The notes beneath the pieces are model-generated. The model was not told the DNA's origin. It made no database searches and saw only the letters and a list, made by a program, of their open reading frames with translations. Made by a program: the position numbers and the translations under genes. From positions 3,968,001 to 4,032,000 of the forward strand of contig CM059430.1 in NCBI GenBank assembly GCA_030390025.1: a DNA stretch of 64,000 nucleotides, in the 5' to 3' direction. The stretch is from Squalus acanthias. Lineage: Eukaryota. Below are positions 1 through 14,296 of this stretch, piece after piece (position 1 is the stretch's first letter; every line of letters starts with the position of its first letter).

Positions 1-2339
1 TCAGCCTAAGTGAATTCCACTTTGAAAGAAATCTCTAAGGGTTAAAAAGGTAATAGAATTATAAGATTTATACCATTTTGCTTCACTGTGCCAAAGAATG
101 TATAAATTAATTAGAAGCAACCCTCCTTGATAATGTCTATCCATTCCTTGTGTATGTATAAACGCTTAGAGCGTTCTAAAAGGCAACTTTTAAAAGGTAG
201 CATTTTTTTTTTAAATGTTACAATTTAAGCTGGAGGAACTCTACTGCTCAACAGTTGAAACTGAATTGATTATAACTATGAATAAACCAACTTCAGCAAA
301 TGCAGACAGCAGGAAAAGGGAGAGGGAGTACATTAGAGATTTCAACTGCGATAGGACCTACACTTGCACTCACTCTGTAACTGGCATCTGGAGCGGATTT
401 GCTACAACAGACATTGAAGAACTAGATTACATCCAGTTAACTGAGCTCTAAACTGATTATGCATGTGCCAAACTAATGGATTACATTTGCAAGAGGAAAA
501 ATAACATCCAATCAATCTCAATTACTGCAGACCACACCAGCCTAGATAAACTTGAAAGTATCCAGCAACTACCCGCAACTGCACCTCCCCTCCCCACCAA
601 TAGTTCTACATATCGGGCTTGGTACATTCAGTCAGAAACAAAAGTAGCTGATGGAGAAATACCATCACTGTGTTGCAGCAAGCAGCAAATAGGCTGTAAC
701 CCTTTCTGTGGGTTGTCTATCCCAATATTTACTAACTATAGAAAACACTGTTCTCTACGAGTTTGTGGTTTGTCTCCATCTTTTCAAGTCGCTCGCCTGT
801 GATATTGTTCACACTGTGGGGGCAAGGGGGAGGGGGGAGGAGGTGAAATTCGACTTTGGTGGGGGTATAAAGCGAGTGGCAGCAGTTTGGCTGCCCATTA
901 TACACCCCACTTGGGCGGAGTGTATAAAGGTGGCCAATCAGGTAATGACCGTTTCTTGCCACTGCCAGTTGAATCTCACCCCCAGAGCATGGGGATCAAG
1001 TGCAGTTTTCAGGTAGAGTGGGTTTAGAGGGCGGGGGAATAATTGGACGAGGCCATGCACATGTAATTCAATCCCCATTTTAAAGCCAGACATTCTATCC
1101 GCATTTTTATATTCCATTGTAAATTCCCAATGTCCACATGTATATTGGGAACTACCTATGTAAACCTGTCAGGCCGCAATTCCAGACGTCTGGCAGTCGT
1201 GGTGCAGCAATGCCTCTGCTGGCAGGAGAGTGTAATTACAGTGTTACAACTTTACACAGGAAGTTTAGAGCATGGAAAATTGACAGGAAATACTTGTAGA
1301 TGCAAGATTTTTAATATTATATGTGTCATTCTATTTGTGTTTTTGCAGAAAGGAACTATTTATAGAAGGTAGGCATAAAATTTTGGCTTAATGGAGCCTA
1401 AAGTGGCCCAAAAATTGAGGGGTTTTTAAAAAAAAAAAGAAAACAATAGGACTTTTGGAATAATAGAGCACCGAAATCCCAATCAGAGGCCCCGCGTTCA
1501 ACTCCCAGCTTCAACTTTTATGGGAACTTGCTTTCCCCTCAATGGGTGAAGATCAGCAAGTCCCAGCCAGGCCACCAGGAGGAGCACTTCGAGCTTGGAG
1601 AATGCTCTGTCCACAGGAGAGGGAAAGGGAGGAGGGGAATGGCCTTGGTGAAGCCCATATTCTAGACCGTCCCACCATCCCAGAGAATGGAGCATGTGTG
1701 CTGGAAGAAGGGAGGTGCAAGGACCTAAATGGGGAAAGTATAAATTTTAAATAGTTGAGTATTAAGAATGTCTATACGGTTAACAGTATGTAGTTTATTT
1801 ATGCATCGATACAGTATTCAGTGTAATTTATAAATCAAAATATGTAACAGTTTGTGATAAAATAAAATCAAAGTTCAGGAATAAAACATCAGCAATAAAA
1901 TTAAAGTGAACTGCATTAAGAGGCACTCTGCTGTTAGAAGCTTTCGAAGCTTCACTTTAAGTACACACACACTCACAGGATGGGGAAGAGAAAAGAATAC
2001 ACGCCGCCCTGAGTTTGGAGGGGGGAGCTCTTTGCATGTATACTGTCCTGTACCAGGAGATGACGCAGTATGAGAAAATGGGAGAACCAAGGTGGAGATG
2101 AACAGCCGTTATCTGTAAGCTTTTGCATCAGCACGGTGCCAATACTGAAGTAAAACATCAATATTCTGTAATGTTTACTGAAAGAACTGATCGACACATA
2201 GTAATAATGATGTTTTTATCACCCTCTTACTAAAATAAATCCCTCAATGTCCTTTTCTTTTGACACTCCAAACTTTAAATTGTGTCTGCTAATCCTGTTC
2301 CCAACAGAAAAATCCAAATTTTCACACTTGTAAAAAAAA

Positions 2340-2660
2340 AAATTGAAAGACCTCTATCAAGTCCCCTTCTCCAGAGAGTAAAGTCCCAGGGTAGACAACT
2401 TTTCCTCATTTCTCAGCCCTCGAGGGATCAGCTTCATAACCCTCCTCTGGACTTCATCCAATAATTCTACATCTCTCCTTTATTAAGGAGACCAAAACTG
2501 AACACCTACTCCAGGTCGGGGCTTAACTGAGGCCAGATACAATTTCAAATTCACCTCCTTGTATTTGTAACTCACACCCTAACTCTACACACTAACACTT
2601 TATTTGCTTTCTTCATCACCTGCAAACATGGTATGAACAGTTTTAATGACCTACCCACCA
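2340..2660 (-). mobile_element. Old CR1 fragment
   Basis: AAAGACCTCTATCAAGTCCCC and GGAGACCAAAACTGAACACCTACTCCAGG are the reverse complements of the GDLIEVF and LEYCVQFWSP coding segments. Confidence 0.6.
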
Positions 2661-2759
2661 ATACTCCCATTATTTCTTTTCTGTTCTGCTACCTCACAGA
2701 CCATGTAATATGTACGCTACATTCTTGCTTCTTCTATGTAATCTCCTGACTTCATATGT

Positions 2760-3065
2760 ATCTTCTGGATAAAACATCAAACCAAGGCCCTGTCTGCCTA
2801 CTTCGGTGGATGTAAAAGACCCCATGGCACTATTTGAAGAGCAGGGAAGTTGTCCAGGCCAAAGTTTATTCCTCAACCAACACCTCTAAAAACAGACTAA
2901 CTGGTCACTTGTCTCATTGCTGTTTGTTTGACATTGCTAGGCACAAATCGGCTACTGTGCTCGCCTACAAAACAACAGTGACTACACTTCAAAAGGACTT
3001 AATTAGCTGTGAAGTGCTTTCCGATGTCCTGAGGATATGAAAGATGCTCGATTAATGCAAGTTTT
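2760..3065 (+). mobile_element. Same SINE family, 5'-truncated
   Basis: GTAAAAGACCCCATGGCACTATTTGAAGAGCAGGG...TAATGCAAG. Confidence 0.65.
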
Positions 3066-3185
3066 TATCATTACACTATTTTCGACAAAAGCCATCCCCT
3101 ACAGTCTGAGTGGGCCTACTAATTACTGTTGAGTATATAGGTTTGTGCTGTGGGCCCACAACCATTGAGAATTTGGATTAGACGG

Positions 3186-3436
3186 CCCAAACTCTGCGAG
3201 GACCCTTGCTGAGCCAGAGAGAGAGCGAGAGCTACTACCCAAACTCTGCGAGGACCCTTGCTGAGCCAGAGAGAGAGCGAGAGCTACTACCCAAACTCTG
3301 CGAGGACCCTTGCTGAGCCAGAGAGAGAGAGAGAGCTACTGCCCAAACTCTGCGAGGACCCTTGTTGAGCCAGAGAGAGAGAGAGAGCTACTGCCCAAAC
3401 TCTGCGAGGACCCTTGCTGAGCCAGAGAGAGAGCTA
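3186..3436 (+). repeat. 52-bp minisatellite, about 4.8 copies, each with an internal (AG)n tract
   Basis: CCCAAACTCTGCGAGGACCCTTGCTGAGCCAGAGAGAGAG.GAGAGCTACT units start at 3186, 3238, 3290, 3342 and 3394. Confidence 0.95.
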
Positions 3437-3984
3437 TTCTGATCCCATAAATCTGGCTGGATTCAAACCCAGGTTCCGAGAGATATGAAAGAACTGGACT
3501 CCACTCTGACTCACTATATCCACCAGCCCCAGAATGCAGTTTCTTTGAAGCTGTTTTAAATAAGTTTTTCCACTAGTCATACTCACTATTGTGTTCTGAA
3601 TTATAGTCCTAGATAGACTGAGAAAAGGTGGCACAGACTCTAGTTCTGATGTGCAGTTTGGTCTTTGAGCCTTTAGTCAGATTTCTGACAGTGACTCACA
3701 AGAAAAGCAATTGAGACCAATTCACACTGTTCACACAAAGTCAGAAGGGAGCAGCCAATCATTGCGTTTGCCCTCTCGCCTTATTTTCTGGGACTGACAT
3801 CAAAATCACAAATTCCTACATATTATTCACTAATGAGTCAATCTGTTAAATGTCGGCTGATCCTGACCGATATCCTGAGTGCTGGATGACAGGAATGGTT
3901 GCCACAAGATAATATACATAGGCTGATTTCTGCCCATTCATAGTACATGGGCAAAAGACGTAGCATGATCCGTGTGTATATTAT

Positions 3985-4200
3985 GAAAGAAAAGAAAGAC
4001 TTGCATTTATATAGCGCCTTTCACCGGACGTCTCAAAGCGCTTTACAGCCAATGAAGTACTTTTGGAGTGTAGTCACTGTTGTAATGTTGGAAAGGCGGC
4101 AGCCAATTTGCGCACAGCAAGCTCCCACACACAGCAATGTGATAATGACCAGATAATCTGTTTTTGTTATGTTGGTTAAGGGATAAATATTGGCCAGGAC
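3985..4200 (-). mobile_element. Same SINE family, 3' half
   Basis: GACTTGCATTTATATAGCGCCTTTCAC...GGGATAAATATTGGCCAGGAC. Confidence 0.68.
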
Positions 4201-7200
4201 ATTATGCAACCTAGTGATGTTCCAAATACACTGGAAGTTTGTCAACGTTCTTCATGACTATAAAAGTCACATTGTGAGTGCTCACTTTGGCCTTCAAAAG
4301 TTGTCATTTACACAAAGTCCATGAAAACTAAGGGCCTGTGGAGGGGGATGAATGTATTCTTCTCACCTGGATAAACAATGAAAGGTTGACATCAACCGTT
4401 TCAGTGCTCAGACTCCACAGTTCATGCATACGGTGGTACTCATGGATTCTGGAATGAGGTGATATTCCGAGAGTAGCTGCTTGCTTACGTGCAACTAAAA
4501 TTGAACTACACTACGAACGTGAACACAACAGATTAATAAATAATTCATGTGAGTTAACTAAATCTACTCCATTTGACAGTTTAGGAAGCACCGATGCCTT
4601 TATGTAAGGGCACCATTGTTTCCACAGAAGAAGTAGCTTTTCTAACTCATTCTTGATTATTTTAAAATGCCCCTATTTCCATAAAAGCAGCCAACAAAGT
4701 CAAATTTAACAATGGTTATGGTAAAAATAAATATATATATAAAAAATATATTCAAAATCTTACGTCTTCATTCACTTCCTGTCAACTTTTGCTGCAGCAC
4801 CACCACCAGTGGGAGGGTTTAATTACAAGTTTACACAGGCAATTTTCATTATAAATGTGGACATAGTAATTTATAATGGAAATAGGAAAATTAGGGCAGA
4901 ATGTTTGACTTGAAAATTGGAACTGAATTACGTCTGTTTCCTGGCCTATGTGTCCCTCCGGCTTCGAACCATGACTGAAGGGTCAAGGAAAGTATTAGCT
5001 AAATAGAAATTTCCTCTAGATTTGCCTAAAATGTTTCACATTTAATGCCCCCTTTATGAAAGGAAGAATTTACTGTACTGGAGTATTCTTTTCCTATCCG
5101 ATCAATAATTTCTCCCTAAAACATTAATTTGCACTATTAAGTGGGGCTGCTGGAAGTCAGTATTTAGCTCTTGGATTGTCACGAGCAGTCCTATAGAATG
5201 ACATTTCGAGCATGTTACGTGACAGAGCTATGTTGTGTGGTTCTTCCTTGACACACTATGCAGTCAGACTATGCACAGAAACTGTTCCCAAAAACACAGG
5301 CTTTTCTGTGATCCTATCTTTTTTTTTAATGGAACAGCTTTACTGGCAGGAAAGCTGCACTAAAAAAAATTGTCCCAAAGCTACTGCCAAGTTGGGTTAA
5401 CTACAAGTCTGTGCCTGACATTGAGTGGAAGGTAAGTGGAATAAGGCTGGTAGATTTATGGCCATTTGTACCTGATTGTTCATACTAAAGCCATTATGGA
5501 ATGATTAGAGAAAAAGGTGAAGCTTTAAGTCCAGTGAAAATCAATACAACTGTCTACAGCAATTCAGCTGCCTGAGTCGAGTACCATTAACTGGATCTTT
5601 ATCCCGTCTTAGGTTACAGGGAGCTGGGTACAGGCTTGCTGTATGCCTACCTGAACAGTTCTTTGAAGTCAGGATGTTAAGCCATTTTTCTCCCCTTTCA
5701 TAAACCATGATTTTTGCTTTTAAAAGTTGCCACAGATTAGAAATTGCACCCAATTTTATTAAAATTGTATGAAAGCTGTTTGACAGCGACATCTTAATGT
5801 TTGCCAGCAATTTCCACTGTTCTATCTCCCCTCAATATATCACCATATGTCTCTAGCAGAACCTTCACTATACCATGGCATCATAATATTGACATCCTCT
5901 GATACCGATACCAAAAGCAAACTGAAAGTCACACTAAATATTCTCAAATAAGGTATATATATATATATTACACTTTTTAACCAGAAATATACATTTAACA
6001 AAGTGGCCCTTTTGGTTTTATGCTGCCTTTCAAATCTCTAATCATACATTTTATTTAAGCACCATCACATTTTTGGGCTTCTCTGTGTTTGAAGGTTTTA
6101 AAATACAATTTTGCTTTATTTGTACTTTATACGTGGACAATTCTCATTTCAGCAGTAAATTACTGTTCATGAGGGAAAGGAAGTTAGGAGGGAGGGAGTA
6201 AATAAGTTCTCCAAACCAGTTCCACTGAAGTCTTTTACATCCATTCTCACATTCCCTCCCCCCCCTTCCCTTTTTAAGAGAAATAATCAGCAAGTCGAAT
6301 AAAAGCACAGATCAACACCAGCACAAAAATTAAACATGGAGCAAGTTACCATCTACCCATTCATGTTTTTTAACCCTTTGAAGTTCTGTAAAAATACACA
6401 GCCTTCCACACAGCATGGTCAAGGATGTTTGTTGGTCCATTTCTAGTAACACATGCTATAAAGTAGAAATAGAGCAACTGATTCTGCAGATGAGTGGAAA
6501 CCATTTCTTAATTCATACCATGTGTGATCTTGAAAGAAGCTGAAAACAAACAGTTTGAACCTCTGGGATTTCAAGTAGGACTCTGCTCTTTTGGTCAAAA
6601 AGCTGTCTCAGACCTCAAAGTCGGAGGTATTTCTGAGAAGTCTGACCTTACATTTGCCAGAAGGATCGTCTCCAAATATGTAGTGCTGCATATTTATATA
6701 GCCAGCAACAAAAATAAATTCAACATTAGTTATCTTAGCTGAAAGCTCCAACAATTAAAACCTTTATTTCTCAAGTTCTAAAAGCTGTAACTGCAGGGCT
6801 CTAACATCTAGACACAATCAAAAATGGAATAGAATCTGCTGCAAAATCCCCACCAGAAATGCCCCCTGGCCACCCCCCCCCCACCCCATTTTATAATTCA
6901 CTTCTCAGTAAAAGCTATGTCAAATCCATTCATCAATCACAACTCTACATAAAGGACATTAAATAATAGAGTATAACACATTGAATTTTATGGTAAGTAT
7001 CATAAGAATTAGACATTTTTGTGTAAGGAAGAGAAATAAATCTTGATTAATGGCATCAGATCAATTTTAAATTGTGCTCATTGGGCCAAGTTGATAGGCC
7101 TCATTTTTCTTAAAATTAAAAACATTAGTTTGTTGATTTCAAATACAATGACGCAACCACCCAAATTCACACAGAGACACGCTTACGGATGGGGTACAGT

Positions 7201-7267
7201 AATAGTGGTGAGGCTTTTATGTTTCAACAATAATAGGTCAACAAGTTCAACAGTAGTATATGATGAT

Positions 7268-7500
7268 GATGGCCACGTTCGTGTGACTGGAGTCACATAT
7301 AGGCCAGACTGGGAAAGGACGGCAGGTTTCATTCCCTGAAGGATATTAGTGAACCAGTTGGGTTTTTACAACAATCCGACAGCTTCATGGTCACTTTTAC
7401 TGCAACCAGCTTATTTTTTTTCCAGACTTTATTTCAAACTGAATTCAAATTCTCAACTGCCATGGTGGGATTTGAACTCACATTCTCTGGATTATTCTGA
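7268..7500 (-). mobile_element. Second tRNA-derived SINE family (related fragment at about 22455-22660)
   Basis: Minus-strand B-box GTTCAAATCCCACCATGGCAG; GACTGGAGTC.CAT..AGGCCAGA..GG.AAGGA.GGCAGGTT shared with 22607-22652. Confidence 0.6.
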
Positions 7501-7889
7501 AGCATGCAGGATGACTAAAAGAATCAGCAGTCATGAAATGAGGGTGGAAAAATCAGCATCAGTCAGGGGAGTAGGATCAGAGGCATGGAGCATACAGAAT
7601 GGAGTGATATGGATTGGGAGGAGAGGATCAACAGCATGGAGCTAGTAGAATATGACGTTGAACAAGAAATTTCTGAGCTATGCAGCATGTTAAGTGCTAT
7701 GGAGCGCTCTCGGTCATACCCAAAGATTTAAAAGTATTGGGCGGGGGAATGGATCAGATGTAGTGTGGCAGATGTCAGAGATTCAGAAGTACTGTATGCA
7801 GCAGGTGGAATTATTGGTTGAAAGTGAAAGAAGCAGCAAGAATGATTTAGGGGTATGATGTTGGGCTAGGCAGATAGGTGCTGGGGTTC

Positions 7890-8730
7890 CTGGTCTACAC
7901 AAAAACCTGGATTCAGAAACACAATATACGTTGGTCAAATTTGCAGATGATGATAAACTGGGGGCTGGGGTGGGGGGAGTCGTGTCTGATATAGCAGCCA
8001 AGAAATTACAGAAGGTCCTAGACGGTAGTTGCAAGTGGGCAGGACTATGGCAGATAAAATTCAATAAAGACAAGTACAAGGTCTTACACATTGGAGGAAT
8101 AAATGTGGGACATATTAATGAATAAGCTAGGGAAGAGGGTGAAAGAGATTGTGGATTGATAGACTCAACAATGGCCATGTCCAGTCATGGCAGAGCTGCC
8201 ATTAACAAAACAAGTAGAATTCGGAGCAATATTGCCAAATCAGTAGCCTATGGGTTTGAAGCCATCATGATAAAGCTGTGATCAAGCTGCACCTTCCGCA
8301 TTCAGTCCTGGTCTCCAAGGGAAATATCCAAAGCCCGGAAGTGCTGCAGAGAAGGGTCAAAGGGCAGATCTCTGAATCCAGATAACTGAGTTATAAGGAA
8401 AAGCTGGAAAACATAGACTCTTCAGACTGGAAAGGAGGCAAATAGGAGGGGACCTTCTCGAAATATATGGCACTAAGTGGAATACAAAAGGTAAATCCTG
8501 AGCACTATTTCAAACTAAACTGTGACTGCAGGACAAGTGGATATGGGAATATGGGAGACAAAGAAGTTCACAGCTGATGTCAGGAAACATTTCTTCTTAG
8601 AAAGAGTGGTTGGCACCAGGAATAGTGGAGGTAAAAACATAAGTCATTCAAGAGGCAGTTAGATGTATGGAGCAAGGTTATAGGTTTCTATGGAAGAATG
8701 AGCTAGATGGGCCAAATGACCTCTGTGATC
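7890..8730 (+). mobile_element. Old degenerate CR1 fragment
   Basis: VKFADDDKLG...WQIKFNKDKYKVLHIG; 3' end GATGGGCCAAATGACCT. Confidence 0.75.
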
Positions 8731-9617
8731 TCTACTTTTCTTTATGGACTTTGTATAGCGTGACGGAGTGTGTTGAGAGAGGCATGAAGCATGTGGATTA
8801 GACTGATATTGTGTAATCAGTAGGAGTGAGAGAAGTATGAGTGAAAAAGGAGGATCAGAAGCATGGAGTGAGCGGGAGAAGAAAGTGATGAGTTCATAGT
8901 AATGTCTTATTTTTACCTAACAAATTTGATCCCAACATTTATGTATAGTTTTCTACAGACCCTAAGAGGTGCTGCAATGGTAGGCAACATCTGTACCTCA
9001 GGTTTTAATTATTGGCTAAAATGGATGATGGTATTGATTATTGAGTCGGGCAGATAAGACGGGCGTTAAGTTATGTGAAACTTGTTGAGCAATTGCCTGA
9101 AGGGCCGGTCTTCAGCAAGCTTGATGTTGAACCCTGATTAAATAGGTAGGTTTTTCTTTTTAAAAAGCGAAATAATTTGTTCTCGTGACACTCCCTTACA
9201 CTAAATGCAGAATCCTCGAGTCGCCCAATAGTCTCATTGCACCATTTCAATTGACAGCAGTAAAATTAAACCTTTATTTTGTTCCCTAAACCAAAATATA
9301 TCTAACTTTAGCAATTTTTTTTCCTCATCTAAGCCCACCTCTTCTGGGACTATTGTCTTAACCAATTTTACAGCAAACTTCATTCAATACCATACACTTT
9401 AACTGCCACATTTTTGGACAATTTAAACCATATTAAACATTCTAATTGTCACTGCATTTTGGCAGGGAAGACTTATTTCAAAGGTAAAAATGACCACCAC
9501 AGAACGACCCCACAATACCAGGTATTTGTTTTGGATTTACAATATGAGGAGGATTTAATGATTGCTGTCCAGTGTGGTTAGAGAAGGTCTGCATTGAGAA
9601 GATGTTGCTTTCCTTAC

Positions 9618-10114
9618 CTTATATAGTTTCAAGCTGGCCTCATGCCTCGAGTTGACAGTGTGCAATCGCAGCTTCTCAATGCTGTTGGTGTAGTAGTCGC
9701 ATGCGTTGCATTTCAAGTGCACTGGGTTCCCAATGGCCACGCATTTCAGTCGCCACTCGTTGGCCTTGCCCCCTTCCTTGATGTGTGCCACGAGCTGGTA
9801 TTTTTGCACGTGCTTATCTGTCTTACAGTGCAACTGGAAGTTGGCCTTGAGCTGGGTGTTGTAGCGGCAGAGCTTACACTGGTAGGAGTCACCAATGACT
9901 GCTTTCCACTCCTCCTCGGGCAGGTGGCGCTCAATGTTCATGTGCAGACTGAGTGTCTCCAGGTTGTCTGTAGTGAATCGGTTGCAAACCGCACACTGAA
10001 AAAGCTTCAAAGAAGGGTCATTCGTGGTTGTGAACGTTTCGCCAAGGTTCATGAGTTCTTCTGACACCAGCTGCCCGCCTCCCAGTCGCATGTCAAGAGG
10101 AATCTCACCACCAA
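9618..10114 (-). CDS. ZFHX3: ZFHX3 second coding exon (497 bp, C2H2 zinc fingers)
   Basis: Acceptor TTTGTTTTCTGCAG|TT (G+TT = Val, phase matches the upstream exon) and donor AAG|GTAAGG. Encodes [21 protein letters not shown]...[25 protein letters not shown]...HEASLKLYK. 2653+497 = 3150 nt, an exact codon multiple. Confidence 0.96.
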
Positions 10115-11029
10115 CTGCAGAAAACAAAGAATATAAAGGAAAAATGAAATGCTTAGCAACAGCTCCAGAAAGGATGAAAAGTGATGTTCATACCCTGTAA
10201 GATGTTGACCTGATAACAAACTCGTTGATCTGACAGTCTGAATTACCAGTCTGAATTCCTCTTCTAAAGCTAACATTGACAATACTGCATCTGTTAATGA
10301 GGTCAAATCTACCCACCAATATCTGGGGATAGTATTTGCAACTTGGAAGGGCTTTATGCAAATGAAATGGCAAATCTGCTGCAATATTCAACTGCTGGAG
10401 ATGATAGTGACAGACGTATATTCATTTGATTTGTTGATAGTAAGCTGTGCATAAGAGTCTGCTTTAGGCTGATGTCCCTGAGTACAAGACTGAGATGGTC
10501 AAAACTCATTTTACTTGTGATCAGTTATTAGCCTTCAGGGACAGTGATTCCTATCAGCTAATGCCAGATTAGATTTAAACTTTAGCCTCTACAGGTTTCA
10601 AAGCTAAACATGCAGTGCGCACGTAGCAATAGAAAACATGGTCAAAACGTGGCCCATCAAGCTCAAAATGACTTGCATTTGTCTCTCCTGTGTCAGCAAT
10701 TTTAATAGTTGCACCATTTTAGAATGCAGTTTTAAAAATAAGATCCATTATTCATTTTAATTACTGTCAGCACCCAGGTATATTGATGATGGTGACCATT
10801 TTGGTGTCAGCTTAAAAAGGGGTTTGCAGTAGATAATGATCCTGTCCTGGAATCTAACACTTTTACAATTAACTGGGCTCCATGATACAGCTCCTGTCAA
10901 AATCAATTCAAACACATAACTTTTTTATCCCACCACAGCAGGTACTTTATATACCTAGAATTTTCTACATATTCCCCATTTTGTTGAGGACTGCAAGATT
11001 TCCCCAATGTATTAGTGATGATGAGGCCT

Positions 11030-11240
11030 AAATAAAATGCTGAAAGTACACTCCAAGTCAACCAGCAGCTGGAAGAGGAATGACAGGTTCACACTTTTAG
11101 TAAAGACCCTTTTAATGAACTGCTAACTGATGGTCTCATTCCGAAACATTAAACCGTTTCTCTATTCAGTTACTGACAGAACTATTGGGTGTTTCGAGCA
11201 CTTTGTTTTTTATTTCAGATATTCACCATTTGCAATTTTT
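11030..11240. mobile_element. Heavily decayed family B-related palindrome
   Basis: Begins AAATAAAATGCTGAAAGTACACTC, contains CCGAAACATTAAAC, and ends GAGCACTTTGTTTTTTATTTCAGATATTCACCATTTGCA, following the arm/arm/tail order of 60147-60382. Confidence 0.45.
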
Positions 11241-13232
11241 CATTTTTATCTGCAAATGTAATGCTGTAAATGTACAATAAGGGCTTTTCTGGCCAACACA
11301 AAGTATAGAAATGGTAACTCAAAGCTGGTCCTAGTCTGTTGATTGGCGTAGACACAGGAGAAAGAATAACATTCTTAATGATTTCAGCTACGAGATGAAA
11401 AATAGGAAGCTTGGGAAAAAGGAGCCAAGTTACAAAAATATACTCGATACACAAAGCAGTTTTAAATAGCTGTAGTGAAACTTGTGTTATGTTTCAGCAA
11501 CGGCAGAGAGGTAGAGCTAATTATCCCATTACTGCGTCAATACATCCATTTAACAGAGTTGTGTCAGTGCCAGTGCGATGGGTGATCTCATCAGTGGAAG
11601 GTGAAAACCTCTGTGCTGTACAGATCTGTCTAATGCCTCTTACTACACAATCTTTAATACATCATTGACCAGACAAAACCAAGAGCTGACCTTGTCCAAC
11701 TTACAGTAAATTAATAACAACAAGCTCTTTATTTATAGCATAAAAGCTCTATAACTGTGAATGACACTTCCCAATTTCATAAAATTCAGTTCTTAGGAAG
11801 AATTAACTTTAAATCCAGGAAACAGTTTTGCAATCTTTTTTTTTAAAAAGTAAGACTTATTATGTGCTCCCTCCCTGCTCCCCCCACCCCACTTTTCAGG
11901 TTTTCTTTCCCCCAGAAATGAAGTTCTGCTACCGTGTAATGCTCCATCTGGTGGTCTGGCTGAGAACTGGGTGAACCCATCCAAAGAAAGCATGTGGAAT
12001 TTTGAATAACTGTCACAGTTAGGATTCAGACTCCCAGTGCAACTATTGGGCCACTTGGTCCGACCAGAATTCTGTCAAACCCTGGTTAACATAAACTCAA
12101 ATTTGTCAGTGGAAACAGCCGTATAAAATTATCTTTTCCAGAGGATTTTTAAAAAAAAACCTCAGGTAGTAAAAAAGGGCCCGAAGCCCAATATCATCAG
12201 GACTTCTGGCTTGCAAGGTAAAAACTTTTATTGCTGAAGAGAGAAGTCAAGTCAGTTTGAATCAAAGACGGCAGTAAAACGCAGCTTTGCAACGTTGTTT
12301 ATGATCAAGTACTATTCCCTCTTCAAAGGAGCAGGAGGTGACCTGTCACTAGGTCTCCACCAATTTTGCTCTTCAGCTAACTGCTAGAAAGTGCAACAGA
12401 GGCGAAGGGACAAGGGGTGATTCCCATTTGGGAAGCACCTGGTCTCAAGACAGCTTGAGCAAGTTCAGGAGCTCATTGTGCAACTATCATAGGGAGAAAT
12501 CCACTTCCTAGCCCTTTATGGCACAGTGCCATCATGCCTCTACCAAAGGTTGCACTCGTACTGCTATACAAACAAACGTGCACTCTGCCACCACAACTTT
12601 TGGCTGTTCTAAGCCAACACTATGACTGAGGCAATCGCCAAGCCTTCTCCAAGCTGGCCCCATAAACTTTCTCCACAACACTGGTTTCAGGACTTATTGC
12701 CTTTAAAATTGAATCATCATGTTGGCTTTCTACATATTAATCCGCGCACAATAAAATTTATTTAAATCTAAACATAGCCTAATACTACAGCTAAGTGAAG
12801 ATTTTGGCTTCAGTTCTCTTCGAGTACAGTTTATGAGAGTTGTGATGGTCCTGTCATCAAACATTGAGTCTTGCTTTTGGCCATCTCCATCGATGTTGAA
12901 GAACTTCAATAAAAAGTGTCATTTCATGTATTGTTGGCTGTGCATTGATCTGCTGATTAAAATGCACCTGCTATTTGGTTGCTCTTTCCATGAGCTTTCA
13001 GCCAAGTTAATGCATTTTGTATGTGACAGACACTTAATATATCTATCTATAATATATTTTGTAGCAGGTAACACAGTGGGACCTGCAGCAATTTCTTCCC
13101 CCACCCCTTCCGACTCTCATTTCACTATCTTGCTGTATGCACATGTGAGAGAATTGGTGGGAGTCACAATGGAACCCCCAGCTGAAAGCAGCACTGGCAA
13201 ATGCCTGGGAACAGATTTCCCTGCCATCTCAT

Positions 13233-14020
13233 AGTTACATCAAGTCTACAGCAGAGAAACAGGCCATTCGGCCCAACTGGTCTATGCCCATGTTTATGCT
13301 GCACATGAGCTTCTTCCCACCTCTCTTCATCTAACCCTCAGTATATCCTTCTATTCCTTTCTCCCTCATGTGCTTATCTAACCTCCTCTTAAATACATGT
13401 ATGCTATTCGCTTCAACTACACCTTGTGGTAGTGAGTTCCACATTCTTACCACTCTTTGGGTGAAGACATTTCTCCTGAATTCCCCATTAGATTTATTAG
13501 TGACTATCTTATATTTATGGCCCCTAGTTCTGGTCTCCACCGCAGTGGAAACACTTTCTCTAACGTCTACCCTGACAAATCCTTTCATAACCTTAAAGAC
13601 CTCTATCAAGTCACCCCTCAGTCTATTCTTTTCCAGAGAAAAAGCCTGTTCAGCCTTTCCTGATGGGTATACCCTCTCAGTTCTAGTATCATTCTTGTGA
13701 ATCCTTTTTTCACCTTCTCCAGAGCCTCTATATCCTTTTTATAATATGAAGATCAGAACTGTGCAGAGTGCTCCAAGTGTGGTCCAACCAAAGTTCTATA
13801 CAAGTTTCATATAACCTCTCTGCTTTTAAATTCTATCCCTCTAGAAATGAACCCTAGTGCTTGGTTTGCTATTTTTATGCCCTTAGTAACCTGTGTCGCT
13901 ACTTTTAATGATTTGTGTGTCTGTACCCCTAGACCCCTTTGCTTCTTTACCCCATTTAGACTCTCATCAAAGCAGTAGTGGCCTCCTTATTCTTCCAACC
14001 AAAATGCACCACCTCACACT
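13233..14020 (-). mobile_element. CR1 3' fragment
   Basis: IEVFKVMKG...TRTRGHKYK...FTQRVVRMWNSLP; 3' UTR hairpin TTGGGCCGAATGGCCTGTTTC. Confidence 0.88.
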
Positions 14021-14296
14021 CCATGGCCATAGTTGGCGCATGACCCAAGAATAAAACATAAATGTGAGCACAAAGGCAAAAGAGAGTTACAACAGCACAG
14101 AGCAACTGATTCAGTTCACACTAAAGTTAAGGCAATTTTGAGCCTTAAACCTTAGACTTGAAACTGTCTTCTGCAGTCAACATATTCAGTCAACAGAATG
14201 AATGATGAGGCAGGGAAAAATTTTCAATATCTAAATGAACAATGAAATTCTGTACTTTTACAGCCAAGGTCTGTCTGAAAGTATCTCCAATATGAA

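Noticed and set aside
3186-3436. CRISPR-like array
   Set aside because: Head-to-tail units with no unique spacers, in a eukaryotic context.
1-9617. Next ZFHX3 coding exon (HLQQHE...)
   Set aside because: No matching translation was seen; it probably lies beyond the window start.
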